Shown: positions 7,937 through 16,287 of the stretch, piece by piece
Layout of the letters: the number at the start of each line of letters is the position of its first letter
Position numbering within the stretch: position 1 is the first letter of the stretch
Assembly: GCA_036524855.1 (NCBI GenBank)
Contig: DATDBL010000191.1
Location: forward strand, 1 to 24,000
From: Aldersonia sp.
Lineage (GTDB): Bacteria > Actinomycetota > Actinomycetes > Mycobacteriales > Mycobacteriaceae
Direction: 5' to 3'
Length of the DNA stretch: 24,000 nt
Notes under the pieces: model-generated
What the model was told of the DNA's origin: nothing
Database searches by the model: none
The model's input: the letters and a program-made list of their open reading frames with translations, nothing else
Position numbers and translations under genes: made by a program

Positions 7937-9265
7937 CGACGCCGCCGTCCACGACTGCTGCATGCTGCCGAGTGGTTCGCCGGTGAAGGGCTCGTAGTAC
8001 TCGGCGAAGCTGCCGTCGCTGGCCTGGCGCAGGCCCTCGGCGCGTAGCATCAGCGAGCGTTCGGACCACCCGCGGCGCGCGAACGCCCACGAGAACAGCC
8101 AACTCATCACCGGCCACACCGGCCCACGCCAGTACTCCTTCGGCCGGAATGCCGCAGACACCGGCGACGTCGACGGCGGCAGCGCGTATTTCAAGTCGGG
8201 ATGACCACAGAACCGTGGACCCTCGAAGATCCGCAGCAGCGCGCGTTCGGTGTTGCGGGGCAGCCCACCCGACAGCAGTGGCGCGAACATCGCCAACGTC
8301 TCCGTCGGGATCCACCGCCCGGTGCGCACGTCGAAGTCACGCGCCGCGCCCGAGCGTGCATCCGTCGTCGCGACGACTCCCTTGCGGAACCGTTCGGCCC
8401 ACGAATGCAGATCCCGCACATCGGCATTGGGTTTGCGGTAGTCCTCGCCGATGATGGCGAGCACCTCGCACGCGAGGGCGAACACGGCACTGACGAACAC
8501 GTCCTCGACGACGAAGCTCATCGTCGCGGCGAGTTCGGTGTCGTCGTAGCGCGCGCGGCGCATTTCCTCGACCAGCCACAGGTAACGGTCGTACTCGAGG
8601 TCCGACGGTCGCTGGGCGGCGTCGGTGACGATGTGCTTGTCCTCGCGCTGATACGCGGGCAGGTCGGTGCCGGGAACGACGTTGGCGTACGCGCGATCCC
8701 ACCGCGGCGAGTTGTCCATCCCGGACTCCCAGCCGTGGTAGAGGGTGATCCGGCCGTCCTGTTTGGGGTCGCGCGCGTGAGCGAGCCAGCGGTGCCAGCG
8801 GACGAAGTCGGGCCAGCGCCGGTCGAGGAAGCCCTCGGCCACCGCGCGGGTGGTGCGACCGTGCCGCCGGGAGTGGTCGAGGATCCGCTGCAGCGCGATC
8901 GCGTGCACGGGCGGCTGGGTGATGCCGGATGTGTCGGGCCCGGGCGGCGCGTGCAATGCGAGCTCGCGGCATTCCCAGCGTGCGGGGCCGGGGAAGTAGC
9001 CGTCGACGCCGTTGGCGAAGACGATGTGCGGGATCATCCCGTTGCGCCACTGCGCCGACAGCAGTGTGTCGAGTTCGACGACGGCACGCTCGACGCTCAG
9101 CGGCGCGAGCCCCACCGACACGAACGCCGCGTCCCAGCTCCACATGTGCGGGTACAGCCGCGGTGCCGCGCTGGTCATGGTGCCCAGGTCGTTGCCGCGC
9201 AGCAGGTACGCAGCCCGCGCCGCGAGCTGCGTCGGAGTGAAGCCCGGATCGTTCATCGGTTCCAT
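7916..9265 (-). CDS. ggh: Glucosylglycerate hydrolase (GH63-like MGH/GgH family)
   Basis: Near-collinear with the Mycolicibacterium hassiacum GgH sequence as I remember it. Shared stretches include FTPTQLAARAAYLLRGNDLGTMT..PHMWSWDAAFV, LLSAQWRNGMIPHIVF, ITLYHGWESGMDNSPRWD and the end SDGSFAEYYEPFTGEPLGSMQQSWTAA.VLDWLG. An alternative start is the ATG at 9256. Confidence 0.8.
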   Translation of the reverse strand: MEPMNDPGFTPTQLAARAAYLLRGNDLGTMTSAAPRLYPHMWSWDAAFVSVGLAPLSVERAVVELDTLLSAQWRNGMIPHIVFANGVDGYFPGPARWECRELALHAPPGPDTSGITQPPVHAIALQRILDHSRRHGRTTRAVAEGFLDRRWPDFVRWHRWLAHARDPKQDGRITLYHGWESGMDNSPRWDRAYANVVPGTDLPAYQREDKHIVTDAAQRPSDLEYDRYLWLVEEMRRARYDDTELAATMSFVVEDVFVSAVFALACEVLAIIGEDYRKPNADVRDLHSWAERFRKGVVATTDARSGAARDFDVRTGRWIPTETLAMFAPLLSGGLPRNTERALLRIFEGPRFCGHPDLKYALPPSTSPVSAAFRPKEYWRGPVWPVMSWLFSWAFARRGWSERSLMLRAEGLRQASDGSFAEYYEPFTGEPLGSMQQSWTAASVLDWLG

Positions 9266-9318
9266 TTTGCGGTCAAGACGGCCGATCCGCTCGACGGAGC
9301 CGCGTAGGTTGACTGCAC

Positions 9319-9995
9319 ATGCGTCCTCTCGCCCTCGTCACCGGCGCCAGCCGCGGCCTCGGCGCACCATCGCGCACCAACTCGCCCCGACCCACGACCT
9401 GCTGCTCGGCGCCACGACCGCCGGCTCGCTCGCCGCCGTCCTCGACGAACTGCCGAACACCACCGGGTGGCCTGTCGACGTCACCGACTACGCCGCCGTC
9501 GCACAGGCCTGCGCCGGCATCGACCGGCTCGACGTACTCGTACACAACGCCGGCGTCGCCGACCTCGGCACGATCGCCGAGTCGACGGTCGAGCAGTGGC
9601 GGACGACGCTCGAGTCGAACGTCGTCGCGGTGGCCGAACTGACCCGACTGCTGCTGCCGCCCCTGCGAGCGGCGCGCGGGCACGTCCTGCTCATCAACTC
9701 CGGCGCGGGCCGGAGTGCGCGCGCCGGGTGGGCGTCGTATGCGGCGAGCAAGTTCGCGCTGCGGGCGTTCGGCGACGTCCTGCGCGCCGAGGAGCCGGAC
9801 CTGCGGGTCACCGCGGTGTTCCCGGGACGGATCGACACCGACATGCAGCGGGCGATCGTCGCCGGCGAGAACCGCGCCTACGACCCGTCGCAGTTCATGA
9901 AGCCCGAGACGGTCGCGATCGCGGTCGCGCTGGCCGTCCACACCCCGCCCGACGCGCACCCGACCGAGATCGTGCTGCGCCCCACCGGCGCATGA
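9319..9995 (+). pseudogene. Classical short-chain dehydrogenase/reductase with an apparent 1-nt deletion in the cofactor-binding motif (pseudogene or sequencing error)
   Basis: MRPLALVTGASRGLG is encoded from 9319 in one frame. The rest (R)TIAHQLA...HNAGV...NSGAG...YAASKFAL...FPGRIDTDM continues in the -1 frame from 9363 to the stop at 9993-9995. The observed ggcctcggcgcaccatc is 1 nt short of the ggc ctc ggN cgc acc atc needed for GLGRTI. Confidence 0.7.
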
Positions 9996-10003
9996 CCCGG
10001 CGC

Positions 10004-12874
10004 CTACGCCACGATGTTGACCAGTTTGCCGGCCACGACAATGACCTTGCGCGGGGCCTTGCCCGCCAGATGTGCGACGATCTTCTCGTCGGCCAGGGCC
10101 GCCGCCTCGACCTCGGCGGCATCCGCATCGGCCGGCACGGTGATGCGGCTGCGGACCTTGCCGTTCACCTGGATCGGGTACTCGACCGTCTCCGCGACCA
10201 GAAACTGCGGGTCGGCTACCGGGAACGGTCCGTGCGCAAGAGATTCCAGGTGACCGAGGCGCTCCCACAACTCTTCGGCGACGTGCGGGGCCAGCGGCGC
10301 GAGCATCAGCACCAGCGGTTCCACCACCGCACGCGGAGCACCGTTCGGGTACTCCTTGGTCAGGTGGTTGTTCAGCTCGATCAGCTTCGCACCGGCCGTG
10401 TTGTCCCGCAGCGCAGCATAATCCGCGGTGACGCCGTCGATGGTCTTGTGCAGCAGGCGCACCGTCTCGAGTCGTGGATCATCCTCGGTGATTCGCGGCT
10501 TGCCGGTTTCCTCGTCGAGCACGACGCGCCACAGCCGCTGCAGGAACCGGTGTGCGCCGACGACGTCCTTGGTAGCCCACGGCCGCGACGCGTCCAACGG
10601 ACCCATCGACATCTCGTAGAAACGCAGCGTGTCCGCGCCGTAATCGGCGCAGATCTGGTCCGGCGCAACGGCGTTCTTCAGGCTCTTGCCCATCTTGCCG
10701 TACTCCTGGATCACCTCGGCGTCGCCGTGCACGAACGTGCCGTCCCGCTCGACGACCTCCTCGGCCGGCACATACACCCCCCGCGCGTCGGTGTAGGCGA
10801 AGGCCTGGATGTAGCCCTGGTTGTACAACCGACGGTACGGCTCACTGGAGGTGACGTAGCCGAGGTCGTAGAGCACCTTGTGCCAGAACCGCGAATACAG
10901 CAGGTGCAGCACGGCGTGCTCGACGCCGCCGACGTACAGGTCTACGCCGCCGGGGTCGTTCGGACCGTGCAGGTCCGGCCGCGGACCCACCCAGTACGCC
11001 TCGTTCTCCTTGGCGCAGAAGGCTTCCGAGTTCGTCGGGTCGACGTAGCGCAGCTGGTACCAGGAACTGCCGGCCCACTGCGGCATCACGTTGGTGTCGC
11101 GGTGATAGCGGCGTAGGCCGTCGCCGAGGTCGAGGTCGACCTCCACCCAGTGCGTCGCCTTCGCCAGCGGCGGGGACGGCTCGGAGTCCGCGTCGTCCGG
11201 GTCGAACGACACCGGCGCGAACTCGTCGACCTCCGGGAGCTCCACCGGCAGCGCGGTTTCCGGCAGCGGATAGGGCTGGCCGGCGTCGTCGTAGACGATC
11301 GGGAACGGCTCGCCCCAGTACCGCTGCCGGGCGTACAGCCAGTCCCGCAACTTGTACGCGATGGTGCCCTCGCCGTGCCCGTCGGCCTCGAGCCGGGCGA
11401 TCACCGTCGCCTTCGCGGTGTCGACGTCGAGCCCGTCGAGATAGTCGGAGTTGACCAGCGAGCCGTCTCCGGCGTAGGCGCCCTGTGTCACGTCGCCGCC
11501 GGAGATCACCTCGATGATGTCGAGGCCGAACGCGCTAGCGAACTCCCAGTCGCGCTGGTCGTGGCCGGGCACCGCCATGATCGCGCCGGTGCCGTAGCCG
11601 AGCAGCACGTAGTCGGCGATGAACACCGGCAGCCGATGCCCGTTGACCGGATTGACCGCGTGCGTGCCGAGGAAGACTCCGGTCTTCTCCTTGCTTTCCT
11701 GCCGATCGAGGTCGGACTCCCCGACGATCGCCTGACGGTAGGCCGCCACGGCCTCGCCCGGGGTTGCGAAACCGCCGTAGGTCCAGCGCGGATCCACCCC
11801 GTCGGGCCACCGCGCGGCGGTGAGCCTCTCCACCAGCTCGTGCTCGGGCGCGAGCACCATGTACGTCGCCCCGAACAGCGTGTCCGGGCGGGTGGTGAAC
11901 ACCTCGATCGTGGCGTCGCCGGCGTCGAAGCGGACCTGCGCACCGCGCGAGCGCCCGATCCAGTTGCGCTGTATGGTCTTGACCTTGTCCGGCCAGTCCA
12001 GGTACTCGAGGTCGTCGATCAGGCGGTCGGCATAGGCGGTGATCCGCATCATCCACTGCCGCAGGTGCTTGCGGAACACCGGGAAGTTGCCGCGGTCGCT
12101 GCGCCCGTCGGAAGTGACCTCCTCGTTGGCCAGCACCGTGCCCAACCCGGGACACCAGTTGACCAGCGAGTCGCCGTGGTACACGAGCCGGTAGGTGTCG
12201 ATCAGCTCGCGTCGCTGCGCCACCGACAGCTCAGCCCACGAACCGCCGTCGGGCAGCGCGCGAAGGCCGGCGGCGAACTCCGCCTCCAGTTCCGTGATCG
12301 GGCGGGCCCGGTCCAGATCCGCGTCGTACCAGGCGTTGTAGATCTGCAGGAAGATCCACTGCGTCCAGTGGTAGTAGTCGGTGTCGGTCGTGGCGAACGC
12401 GCGGCGCTCGTCGTGGCCCAGCCCGAGCCGGTCCAGTTGCGCCTTCATCGTCGCGATGTTCGCCTCGGTGGTGACCCGCGGATGGGTTCCCGTCTGCACC
12501 GCGTACTGCTCGGCGGGCAGCCCGAACGCGTCGTAACCGAGGGTGTGCAACACGTTGTGCCCGTTCATCCGGTGGAAGCGGGCGAACACGTCGGTCGCGA
12601 TATAGCCGAGCGGGTGGCCGACGTGCAGGCCGGCCCCGGACGGGTAGGGGAACATGTCCTGCACGAACAGCTTGTCGGTGGGGACGTCGTTCGGGTCGGC
12701 GGGCGCCAGGTCACCCACCGGATTCGGGGCCTCGAACGTGCCCCGCTCGCGCCAGCGCTGCTGCCAGCGCGCCTCGATAAGCCCGGCCAGTTCCGCGTCG
12801 TAGCGATGTGCAGGCGTCGACTCAGGCGTCACGGGGGCGGGTGCGTCCGGGTTGTCCACGGCTGGATCTCTCAT
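10004..12874 (-). CDS. leuS: Leucine--tRNA ligase
   Basis: 956-aa class I synthetase with HVGH ([16 protein letters not shown]) and KMSKS-type (KMGKSLKN) signatures. The CP1 editing region and overall LeuS collinearity are present. Confidence 0.97.
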   Translation of the reverse strand: MRDPAVDNPDAPAPVTPESTPAHRYDAELAGLIEARWQQRWRERGTFEAPNPVGDLAPADPNDVPTDKLFVQDMFPYPSGAGLHVGHPLGYIATDVFARFHRMNGHNVLHTLGYDAFGLPAEQYAVQTGTHPRVTTEANIATMKAQLDRLGLGHDERRAFATTDTDYYHWTQWIFLQIYNAWYDADLDRARPITELEAEFAAGLRALPDGGSWAELSVAQRRELIDTYRLVYHGDSLVNWCPGLGTVLANEEVTSDGRSDRGNFPVFRKHLRQWMMRITAYADRLIDDLEYLDWPDKVKTIQRNWIGRSRGAQVRFDAGDATIEVFTTRPDTLFGATYMVLAPEHELVERLTAARWPDGVDPRWTYGGFATPGEAVAAYRQAIVGESDLDRQESKEKTGVFLGTHAVNPVNGHRLPVFIADYVLLGYGTGAIMAVPGHDQRDWEFASAFGLDIIEVISGGDVTQGAYAGDGSLVNSDYLDGLDVDTAKATVIARLEADGHGEGTIAYKLRDWLYARQRYWGEPFPIVYDDAGQPYPLPETALPVELPEVDEFAPVSFDPDDADSEPSPPLAKATHWVEVDLDLGDGLRRYHRDTNVMPQWAGSSWYQLRYVDPTNSEAFCAKENEAYWVGPRPDLHGPNDPGGVDLYVGGVEHAVLHLLYSRFWHKVLYDLGYVTSSEPYRRLYNQGYIQAFAYTDARGVYVPAEEVVERDGTFVHGDAEVIQEYGKMGKSLKNAVAPDQICADYGADTLRFYEMSMGPLDASRPWATKDVVGAHRFLQRLWRVVLDEETGKPRITEDDPRLETVRLLHKTIDGVTADYAALRDNTAGAKLIELNNHLTKEYPNGAPRAVVEPLVLMLAPLAPHVAEELWERLGHLESLAHGPFPVADPQFLVAETVEYPIQVNGKVRSRITVPADADAAEVEAAALADEKIVAHLAGKAPRKVIVVAGKLVNIVA

Positions 12875-12962
12875 CTGCTCGACGGGGCGCTGACCCTCCC
12901 AGCCTAGGCGCCGGGTTCCACCGATTTACAGCCGCGCCGGGCCTGCCCGTATCCTGACGGAC

Positions 12963-13361
12963 GTGCTGGTCGTCGCTGTGTTCCTGTTCGTCCTCGCCGT
13001 TGCCGCGCTCGCGACCGGGGTCGCCGGGCTCACCGGCCGGTTGCCGCGCAATCGCTGGGTGGGTGTGCGCACCGAGCAGACCGTCGACGACGACCGCGCG
13101 TTCGCGCTCGCCAACCGCATCGCCGCACCGACCACCATCGCCGCCGGGGTGCTGCTCGCAATCGGCGGCACGGTCGCGCTGCTGTTCGACGGGCTGTTCG
13201 GAATGCTCGCGATCGTCGCGACAATCATCGCCGCCGTCGCCACAGCGGGTGCCGGTGCGTCGCTGGGCGCCCGCGCCGCCGCCACGGCGACCGTCGGTAC
13301 CGGATCGTGCGGCCACGCATGTGGGTCGTGCACTCTGGCCGGCGGCTGCGAACGCGCCTGA
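12963..13361 (+). CDS. SdpI/YhfL-like small membrane protein with a Cys-rich C-terminal tail
   Basis: GTG start. Three hydrophobic spans are present. GRLPRNRWVGVRTEQT resembles the SdpI-family loop motif. The C-terminus is GSCGHACGSCTLAGGCERA. TATCCT (12950-12955) ends 7 nt before the GTG, so a leaderless transcript is possible. Confidence 0.6.
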   Translation: MLVVAVFLFVLAVAALATGVAGLTGRLPRNRWVGVRTEQTVDDDRAFALANRIAAPTTIAAGVLLAIGGTVALLFDGLFGMLAIVATIIAAVATAGAGASLGARAAATATVGTGSCGHACGSCTLAGGCERA

Positions 13362-13370
13362 TCCATCCCG

Positions 13371-13405
13371 CCTGATTGTCACTGCGTCCTGATTGTTCAC
13401 TGCCT
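13371..13405. repeat. Imperfect tandem direct repeat CCTGATTGTCACTGCGT / CCTGATTGTTCACTGCCT
   Basis: Read directly from the sequence. A third CCTGAT (13357-13362) overlaps the stop codon of the SdpI-like gene. Confidence 0.85.
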
Positions 13406-13531
13406 CGCGTCGTGTGGCGCCGTCCGCGCCGGTCACGCCCGGGCGCGACGTCGCGCAGGTTCTATACGTGTCGCGCGGGTTCAGCCTGCGCGGCGCGTGC
13501 AAAAGCTGCGCGACGTGCACTCACAGGCGCG

Positions 13532-13573
13532 TCAGCGCCTTCAACTCAGCGCCTTCAACTCAGCGCCTTCAAC
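13532..13573. repeat. Perfect 3 x 14-bp tandem repeat TCAGCGCCTTCAAC, covering the stop codon of the aminotransferase gene
   Basis: The copies are at 13532-13545, 13546-13559 and 13560-13573. On the minus strand this reads GTTGAAGGCGCTGA x3. The gene's TGA (13557-13555) lies in the GTTGA at the start of the second copy, right after the junction with the first. Confidence 0.95.
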
Positions 13574-14592
13574 ACCGCCGCGCTGGCTTCCGAGTCGCCG
13601 ACCGCGATGCGGGCGGACCCGTCGGGATAGGCCTTCACCGAGATGCCGGCCACCCGCAGGCGGGAGGCGATGTCGGGTCCGTCGAGGTAAAGAAAATTCG
13701 CGTGACTGCGCGGCACGTGCACACCCGCACGCAGCAGCGCCGCCCGCAACCGCTCCCGCTCGGCCGTGATCCGCGCCACCCGGTCGCGCACCTCCGACTC
13801 CGCCGCATACGACGCGGACACCGCCGCCACCGCGACCGCGCCCATCCCGAACGGCACCTGCCACCGGCGCACCCGGTTGGCGAGTTCGAAGCCCGCGAAC
13901 GCGTAGCCGATCCGCAGCCCCGCCAGGCCGTAAGCCTTGGAGAACGTCCGCAGCACGAGCAGGTTGGCGTGGCGGCGCACGAGCCCGACGGTGTCGAGGA
14001 CGTCCGCGCCGGCGAGGAACTCGACGTACGCCTCGTCGAGCACCACCGTCACCCGCCGCGGCACGGCTGCGAGGAACGCCGCGACCTCGTTGGCGGAGAC
14101 GAGCGTGCCGGTCGGGTTGTGCGGCCGGCACAGCACCACCACCCGGGTGCGGGAATCGATCGCCCGGACCATCGACCAGAGGTCCTGGCGGCCCTCGGGA
14201 TCCAGGTCGACGGCGATCGCCCGCACGTCCAGCATCTTCGCCATGATCGGGTAGCCGTCGAAGGTCGGGCGGGCGAACAGGATCGACTCACCCGGTCGCA
14301 GCAGGGCATGCATCAGTTGCATCGCCACGCCCGTGGCGCCCGACCCGACCACGACCTGGTCCGGATGCACCCCGACGTGGTTGGCGATCACCCGCGGCAA
14401 CCGCTGCGGCAGGAACTCCGGATAGCGATTCGCTCGACCCATCACGCGCTCGAGTTCGCGCCGCACCGACGGTAACGGTGGATAAGGGTTCTCGCTCAAC
14501 GTCAGGTCGAACCGCTCGGTGACGCCGACACCGTCCGCCGTCTCGAAGTACGGCCGGGTCTCGTCGAAGGCGACCGTGCCGCGCCCGCTCAT
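13555..14592 (-). CDS. Class I/II-fold PLP aminotransferase, HisC/Pat-like (histidinol-phosphate / aromatic aminotransferase family)
   Basis: LSENPYPP, PHNPTG and the Lys motif RTFSKAYGLAGLRIGY are typical of HisC-type enzymes. I choose the ATG at 14592 (MSGRG...) because it overlaps the upstream gene's TGA (ATGA at 14589-14592). The longer ORF-track N-terminus is Arg-rich junk. Confidence 0.85.
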   Translation of the reverse strand: MSGRGTVAFDETRPYFETADGVGVTERFDLTLSENPYPPLPSVRRELERVMGRANRYPEFLPQRLPRVIANHVGVHPDQVVVGSGATGVAMQLMHALLRPGESILFARPTFDGYPIMAKMLDVRAIAVDLDPEGRQDLWSMVRAIDSRTRVVVLCRPHNPTGTLVSANEVAAFLAAVPRRVTVVLDEAYVEFLAGADVLDTVGLVRRHANLLVLRTFSKAYGLAGLRIGYAFAGFELANRVRRWQVPFGMGAVAVAAVSASYAAESEVRDRVARITAERERLRAALLRAGVHVPRSHANFLYLDGPDIASRLRVAGISVKAYPDGSARIAVGDSEASAAVLKALS

Positions 14593-15629
14593 GCCGGCTT
14601 CGCTCCCCATCGCACCGCGGCCGCCCCCGCGTAGTCGCCGGCATGCGCGAACGCCGACATCAGCACCAGCGACCCGTTCGCGATCCGGCCCGCCCGGTTC
14701 TCGGTGTCGAGCGTGACGGGAATGCCCGCGCCGAACAGGTTTCCGCACTCGTCGAAGGTGTCCGGGTGCTTGCCGCCCGGAATCTGCAACGCGTCGTGCC
14801 AGTTTCGCAGAAACAGCCGGTTTGGCTGGTTGCTCACGAAAACGTCGACGTCGCCCGGCTTGGCGTCGATCTCCTCGAGCACCGCGTAACCGACCTCGGG
14901 CACCAACCGGTTTCCGCGGGTGAACACCTTCGCGATCTTCGACTCGGTGAAACCGATGGTGGGCTGACCGATTCCGGGCTCCCAGTACTTGCGCGGGACC
15001 GCGTCCTTCGGCAGCCCGACGGCCTCGAAGGTCATGTCACCGGCAAACTCCGGGTACGTTCGGCCGACGACGCCGAGGATCGGCGCGTCCTCGTTCTTCA
15101 CCAGCAGGCCGACGCCGCACCCGTCGCCCGGAACCGGGGCGAACGCAAGCTTGCGGATCTCGCTCTGTGTCATCGAGGGACCGGCCGCGTTCTGTACCGC
15201 CGCGATCATGGCGGTCTTGGCGTCGGTGGTCTGCAGGATCTTCTGCGCCAGCGCCATCATGTGCGGGAACGAGGCGCAGCCGCCGTTGTGCACGTCGATC
15301 ACCCAGTCCGGTCGCAGGCCGAGCCGCCGCGCGACCTCGGGCCCCGAGCCGAGCACCGGGTTGTCCGGCAGCTGCACGTGGGTGAGCAGCACGTCCACGT
15401 TGCCGATCGTGTCGCGGCCGTGCCGCTCGATCAGCGGCGCGACGGCGCGTTCGACCATGTCGACCGCGGTCTCGTCCCGTGCGACGTGGTGGCGGTAGCT
15501 GGGCGAGCGGAACATGACGTTCTTCGCCATCCGCTCCGACCGCGAGAACTGCGTGAAATATTCGGTCGGAACCCGATTCTCGGGCAGGTAGCTGGCGACG
15601 TCGACCAGGCTGACGGTGGGGAACTCCAT
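14589..15629 (-). CDS. KAS III (FabH)-like thiolase-fold enzyme with Asn in place of the catalytic His
   Basis: The protein is collinear with E. coli FabH from memory. The Cys elbow DVHNGGCASF aligns with DVAAACAGF, and PGDGCGVGLL with FGDGAGAAVL. VFVSNQPN aligns with WLVPHQAN, and ECGNLFGAGIP with RHGNTSAASVP. The N-to-N spacing is exactly the 30 residues of FabH His244 to Asn274. Confidence 0.85.
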   Translation of the reverse strand: MEFPTVSLVDVASYLPENRVPTEYFTQFSRSERMAKNVMFRSPSYRHHVARDETAVDMVERAVAPLIERHGRDTIGNVDVLLTHVQLPDNPVLGSGPEVARRLGLRPDWVIDVHNGGCASFPHMMALAQKILQTTDAKTAMIAAVQNAAGPSMTQSEIRKLAFAPVPGDGCGVGLLVKNEDAPILGVVGRTYPEFAGDMTFEAVGLPKDAVPRKYWEPGIGQPTIGFTESKIAKVFTRGNRLVPEVGYAVLEEIDAKPGDVDVFVSNQPNRLFLRNWHDALQIPGGKHPDTFDECGNLFGAGIPVTLDTENRAGRIANGSLVLMSAFAHAGDYAGAAAVRWGAKPA

Positions 15630-15630
15630 G

Positions 15631-16287
15631 CTATTTCATCCAATCCGGCTTGATGGGCAGGCCGTGGCTCGCGCGGTACTCGCAGATGGCCTTGAGGGTG
15701 TCCATTTCCATTTGGTGACCGGCGTAGAAGAGATCCCAACCGTCACCGACCCACACCGGACGCTTGGGCGGCGCCGTCTCCGGATACGGGTTCTCGTCGT
15801 AGAAGGGGTGCTTGCAGTTGACCCAGGTGACCACGCTGCCCGGCTTGTTGAGCACCACCTGCGCGTCGACGACCCGCATCAGGTAGACCATCCACAGGTG
15901 GAACCCCTGGTCCCAGGCGCAGTGGTAGTCGACGGTCATCGCATCGGGGTTCGCGATCGTGCGGGTGTAGCACCTGGTCTGCCCACCGACCCGGTCGAAC
16001 GACTCCCACAGGCCGGGCTCGTCGGTCTCGACGAACCCGCGCAGGCTGTAGGTCCACTCCTCCAGCGACCGGGTGTCGGCGAGGTACTCGTACACCTCGC
16101 GCGGCGGCGCGTCGATGTAGGCGTTGATCGGGCAGAACTGCCCGTAGATCTGGTCGTGCGGGTACACCGCGCGGGTCATCTCGAACACGATCTCCTTGGC
16201 AACGTCCTTGTCGGAGGTCTCGATCCGGGTGACTCCGGGGATGTCTTCGCCGATGTCGGACAGGGCGGGCAGGGCACTGGTGGTCAT
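15631..16287 (-). CDS. Hypothetical protein, tentatively SRPBCC (START / Bet v1 / polyketide-cyclase-like) superfamily
   Basis: 218 aa. The ATG at 16287 is preceded by AAGGAG and overlaps the upstream TGA (ATGA at 16284-16287). CPINAYIDAPPREVYEYLADTRSLEEWT resembles the N-terminal strand-helix signature of SRPBCC proteins. The family call is tentative; the CDS itself is well supported. Confidence 0.6.
   Translation of the reverse strand: MTTSALPALSDIGEDIPGVTRIETSDKDVAKEIVFEMTRAVYPHDQIYGQFCPINAYIDAPPREVYEYLADTRSLEEWTYSLRGFVETDEPGLWESFDRVGGQTRCYTRTIANPDAMTVDYHCAWDQGFHLWMVYLMRVVDAQVVLNKPGSVVTWVNCKHPFYDENPYPETAPPKRPVWVGDGWDLFYAGHQMEMDTLKAICEYRASHGLPIKPDWMK

Noticed and set aside
8201-9307. 368-aa plus-strand and 268-aa minus-strand alternative ORFs within the glucosylglycerate hydrolase locus
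   Set aside because: Only the 7916-9265 minus-strand frame carries the GH63-like motifs. The other ORFs are shadow or off-frame.
9467-12907. Long plus-strand ORFs (9467-11116, 549 aa; 11150-12907, 585 aa) opposite leuS
   Set aside because: They are antisense to an unambiguous LeuS coding sequence. The translations are low-complexity, rich in Arg, Val, Asp and Gly. These are shadow ORFs.
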